A stretch of 63,543 bases of DNA, the filler included, from Globobulimina sp. (lineage: Eukaryota), in assembly GCA_003354225.1 (NCBI GenBank). It is 26 parts of 26 records of this genome, joined end to end, with 100 filler letters (N's around TTAATTAATTAA, not from the genome) between each part and the next. Parts side by side here need not be neighbours in the genome. Positions count along the whole stretch, not along the records: positions 58,752 to 61,097 come from PIVH01007249.1; positions 61,198 to 63,543 come from PIVH01007250.1; 24 more parts are not named here. One strand, given 5' to 3'. Of this stretch, positions 60,030 through 63,543 are shown one piece after another (within the stretch, counting starts at the first letter, position 1; each line of letters begins with the position of its first letter). The notes under the pieces are model-generated. The model saw nothing but the letters and a program-made list of their open reading frames with translations, had not been told where the DNA came from and did not search any database. Position numbers and translations under genes: made by a program.

Positions 60030-60955
60030 ATTTGAGAATTTAAGTTTGAACATGATTTTAAAAAATTTTGCAAAACTTGACTGTGAATTTTGATATTTTC
60101 TGATTTTTGCATGATTTTTGAGATTTTTGATTTTGTACATGTTTTGAGTGCAAGGATCGGACTTTGTGTGATTTTAGGAATTTTCAGAGTTTGTACATGT
60201 TTTGGGTGCAAGGATAGAAATTTTGACATATGCCATAACTCCTATACAAATCCGTAAGTAAATTCCTTTAGGATCTCAGATTTTGATATTTTCGGATTTT
60301 TGGATGATTTTGGGAATTTTCAAAGTTTTGTCATATGCTATAACTCATATACAAATCCTTAAGTAAATTACTTTAGGATCTCGGATTTTGAGATTTTCAG
60401 ATTTTTGGATGATTTTTGAAATTCTTAGATTTTGTACATGTTTTGATCATTTTTCTCATAACTCCTATACAAATCGAGTGTTCTGCATGGATAAGTATGT
60501 CTAAATTAGTATACAATACCAATACATGCATGCATGCATGTATGTATGTGTGCTGCGTCGTATGTCGCGAAGCGGTACTCAATGTATGCATGTTCAAATT
60601 TTTTGAAAAAATAACCCCCTGTAGTTATAAGTTCTATGCAGTGATATCAATGATCCGAATGCACCCAAGTGCCCGGGGTTATAACCACCGGATTTTGATA
60701 TACCTTAGTACCCTCCTTATGTATACCGGACGAACGATCAACATTGCCCCCTAGTTTCAAATTTTTTTTTTTGACATATTTTTAGCCCCTGTGAAATGAC
60801 TGGGCGTCCAAGGGAAATATCCGAAGGTAAAAGTGACATTTTTACAGTCAAAAATAGCACCTTGTTTTTTCGAGTTTTTTTACCTTGTGGACGTAAGCCA
60901 AATTTGAACCGAGTTAACGCTATGGTAAAAGTGACATTTTTACAGTCAAAATATG
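60030..60955. repeat. Degenerate satellite-like repeats
   Basis: Recurring tgtacatgttttt..gtgcaaggat and ataactcctatacaaatc..taagtaaatt..tttaggatctc; ggtaaaagtgacatttttacagtcaaaata occurs twice (~60826, ~60924). Confidence 0.75.
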
Positions 60956-61271
60956 AACCAGGGTCTTTAACTTTTTTCGACTTTTTAACACACTTTGCCA
61001 TAACTCGGTGGTTGCTATAAGGGGACAACCCCTTGTGATTTTTAAAAGTGACGATTTCAATAGGACAAAATTTGAATTGCTTTTTTTAATCCCACCANNN
61101 NNNNNNNNNNNNNNNNNNNNNNNNNNNNNNNNNNNNNNNNNTTAATTAATTAANNNNNNNNNNNNNNNNNNNNNNNNNNNNNNNNNNNNNNNNNNNNTTA
61201 GGTAAGTTTCGGAATAAAATGATTAATTTTAATTATGTAAGCACAACAATTAAAATATCACAACTAATGAA

Positions 61272-63543
61272 TTATAAATATAGACCTTCAACTTTTTCGA
61301 CTAATTCTTTATTCGATGCTGTATCGGCTCGCTTATTACCGTTCATTTTTCTTTGCATGATATCCATAATAATTTCTTCATGAGATCGACTGTCTTCGTT
61401 GTTGATGGCTTGAGCTAAGAAGAGTGCTGCTTCCTTATCTTGGGTACGATCGACTGTTAAGGCAGATATTGCGTGCGATTGCAATGTAATAAGTCGTTTC
61501 TGAGGGGAATCGCGCGTCGAACTTACATATCGGTCGCCAGATTTATTTAATTTATGCGAAATGCGATCGATTTTGGCATTGAAATCTTGTGATAATTTAT
61601 TTAATTTCGCATCAAATACTAATCGCTGTTGCTTTGATTCTTCATTTGGTCGTTTGATATGTTCTTTTTCTTCACGACGCGAATACGGATTGGTTGCGAA
61701 GTCAATTTGATCTGACGGTGGTGGGGAAGGTGGAGAGTGCGATAATATGGATCTTACAAAGTCCTTTTGGCGTTTCTTGCCATGGGAATTTGTTTCAAAA
61801 TCACCGTCAAATTGGATCATATGATCCGCTGATCGTTTCTTATTGAAATGGCGGACTTGTTTGTAAATGACTCTTTCTTTGAAATGTGGCGTATACCATT
61901 TCTTAGTTTGATTGTTGTTGTGATCTAAATATCGATCCGAACGTAAATGTTTCACTCGAACCAATATCTGCGGCACCAACCAGCTCCACCAAAATTTAAC
62001 TTTTTCTTTGTGAGTGTATCGTTTATAAAAGAACACTGTAAATATCATATCTACGATGGATCTGTTGTCATTTGTCACCGATATGTCGTCAAATAAGTCA
62101 TGGAAGTTCATCGCGTATAACATATTCAATGATATCCCAGTCATAATGATATTGTCTGCGAATGCCGTAAAAGCGACACGTCGCTCTTCATTGTAAATTT
62201 CCAATGCGTCTTTCAATGATTTGCCAGATTCCATACTGTCTTCAATGGCCACCAATAAATTGCCAAAGAAATTTCGTGCGGAAACATAGAGATTCAATAG
62301 ATTTGAGGTCGCTGTTGGTTCATTCAATAATTTATAACGATATGATAATATATTGTTCAATTTCAGCGCATCGGGACGTAAATCTTTATCCGCCTTAAAT
62401 AATTTGAATTTCTTATTGGATAAATACGAATAAATCACATTCTTCGCCAAATATGTATTTAATTGTAATAATGGATTAAATACTTCTTTTTCAGTGATCT
62501 GAAAAGGATCTAATTGAAATAATTTATCTTTCTTCTTATTCGATGATTGGTCAGTTTGTAAGGTCTGGTCGGTTCGCACAGTTTGCTCGGTTTGTAATGT
62601 TTGCTCGGTTTGCAAAGTTTGGTCGGTTTGCTGGGTTTGGACAAACGTCACATTTCGATTTCTAAGCCGCCGTCGCTGGGTTTGTGATTGTTTACTATTT
62701 GTATTTGCATCGCGTTGCTGAGGGTTTGTATCGGTATGATGCGTGAAATTGGTATTTGTGTCAGACGGGGGAGGAGAGAGTGATGTGGTTGTATCCACTT
62801 CATTTTTATCAGATGATTTCGTTTGATTTGCCATTTCAATATCACTCGATTCATCCTCTTGGTCGTTCTTCTTTTGTTCCGTTCTAACTGTTTGCTGCGA
62901 TGTCGATCCAGTCAGATCAGTGAAATCTGCTTCTTGCGACAATCGGTATGCTTCGTCATTGGAGATATTGTATTTGCCGTCATCCGTATCCACCGATTCA
63001 TTGTCTCCTGAATCATTGTCAGAATCTGAGGAAACATCGGCTTTAATGAAAAAAGGTGATGTCTTTACATCAAAATCACCTGCATCTTTCTTATAATGTT
63101 TCCATTGCTTTCCTTTTCGGAATGCAATCACAACGGACACTAATAACTTGGTACAGAATGCGGTGAGTAATGCCTTTTGGGTCCGAGGGCTGACAGACGC
63201 CGGTCTTGGTTGCGCTGCATCATATTTCAATTTTATTCGATCGAAAATGGCTTGATATGATGATGTTTTCTTGGCGATGACATATACGTATTTATTGGTT
63301 TTAATATACTCCAATATTCCTTCATAATCTTCCTTATAATATTTTATGGGCGCTGCTGCGGGATCCTTTAATGGCAATTTCATCAGTGATGGTGTACAAA
63401 AAAATATGTTTGGATCACGATTTACTTTCATTGCAAAGTCACCATCTACAGGGATGAAAGGGACTACTATCGCTAAAGGTAAAAATAACGCAAATGACAA
63501 AAGTCCAAGCGAGAACACTATCTTTTTTCCATATTTATTTGAG
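61272..63543 (-). CDS. Large intronless hypothetical protein (5'-partial) with internal 18-bp tandem repeats; possibly a transposon ORF1/gag-like protein
   Basis: Open frame of over 748 aa; QTDQTL/QTEQTL hexapeptide repeats at ~62545..62640; no family recognised. Confidence 0.5.
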   Translation of the reverse strand, partial: SNKYGKKIVFSLGLLSFALFLPLAIVVPFIPVDGDFAMKVNRDPNIFFCTPSLMKLPLKDPAAAPIKYYKEDYEGILEYIKTNKYVYVIAKKTSSYQAIFDRIKLKYDAAQPRPASVSPRTQKALLTAFCTKLLVSVVIAFRKGKQWKHYKKDAGDFDVKTSPFFIKADVSSDSDNDSGDNESVDTDDGKYNISNDEAYRLSQEADFTDLTGSTSQQTVRTEQKKNDQEDESSDIEMANQTKSSDKNEVDTTTSLSPPPSDTNTNFTHHTDTNPQQRDANTNSKQSQTQRRRLRNRNVTFVQTQQTDQTLQTEQTLQTEQTVRTDQTLQTDQSSNKKKDKLFQLDPFQITEKEVFNPLLQLNTYLAKNVIYSYLSNKKFKLFKADKDLRPDALKLNNILSYRYKLLNEPTATSNLLNLYVSARNFFGNLLVAIEDSMESGKSLKDALEIYNEERRVAFTAFADNIIMTGISLNMLYAMNFHDLFDDISVTNDNRSIVDMIFTVFFYKRYTHKEKVKFWWSWLVPQILVRVKHLRSDRYLDHNNNQTKKWYTPHFKERVIYKQVRHFNKKRSADHMIQFDGDFETNSHGKKRQKDFVRSILSHSPPSPPPSDQIDFATNPYSRREEKEHIKRPNEESKQQRLVFDAKLNKLSQDFNAKIDRISHKLNKSGDRYVSSTRDSPQKRLITLQSHAISALTVDRTQDKEAALFLAQAINNEDSRSHEEIIMDIMQRKMNGNKRADTASNKELVEKVEGLYL

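Noticed and set aside
60030-60955. Interspersed repeats as a CRISPR array or iterons
   Set aside because: Degenerate, irregularly spaced and satellite-like

Overview
This window is not one locus. It is 26 unrelated contigs of about 2,346-2,350 bp, sorted by length and joined by artificial 100-bp linkers (44 N + TTAATTAATTAA + 44 N), so adjacency across linkers means nothing. Almost all of it is AT-rich eukaryotic nuclear DNA. It has many short (52-104 bp) GT-AG introns and eukaryote-specific genes: RasGEF, AGC kinase, beta-adaptin, COP9 subunits, MTMR14, G-alpha, ubiquitin fusions, CAP-Gly and C2H2 fingers. The gene content resembles Foraminifera/Rhizaria (inference). Short bacterial fragments fused into contigs (mutL, an ABC permease, a Bacteroidota-type secreted protein) suggest whole-genome-amplification chimeras. 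Most interesting: (1) an in-frame triosephosphate isomerase-opine dehydrogenase fusion; (2) a PSTK (selenocysteine-pathway kinase) fused to an ATC-hydrolase/V4R-like domain; (3) a Penelope-like reverse transcriptase with one in-frame TGA and no C-terminal endonuclease; (4) a candidate variant-core minimal hammerhead ribozyme; (5) a PUB-domain RasGEF; (6) two divergent DIRS/Crypton-type tyrosine recombinases; (7) tandem 15-nt microexons. All calls come from motif recognition by eye; no database searches were run.
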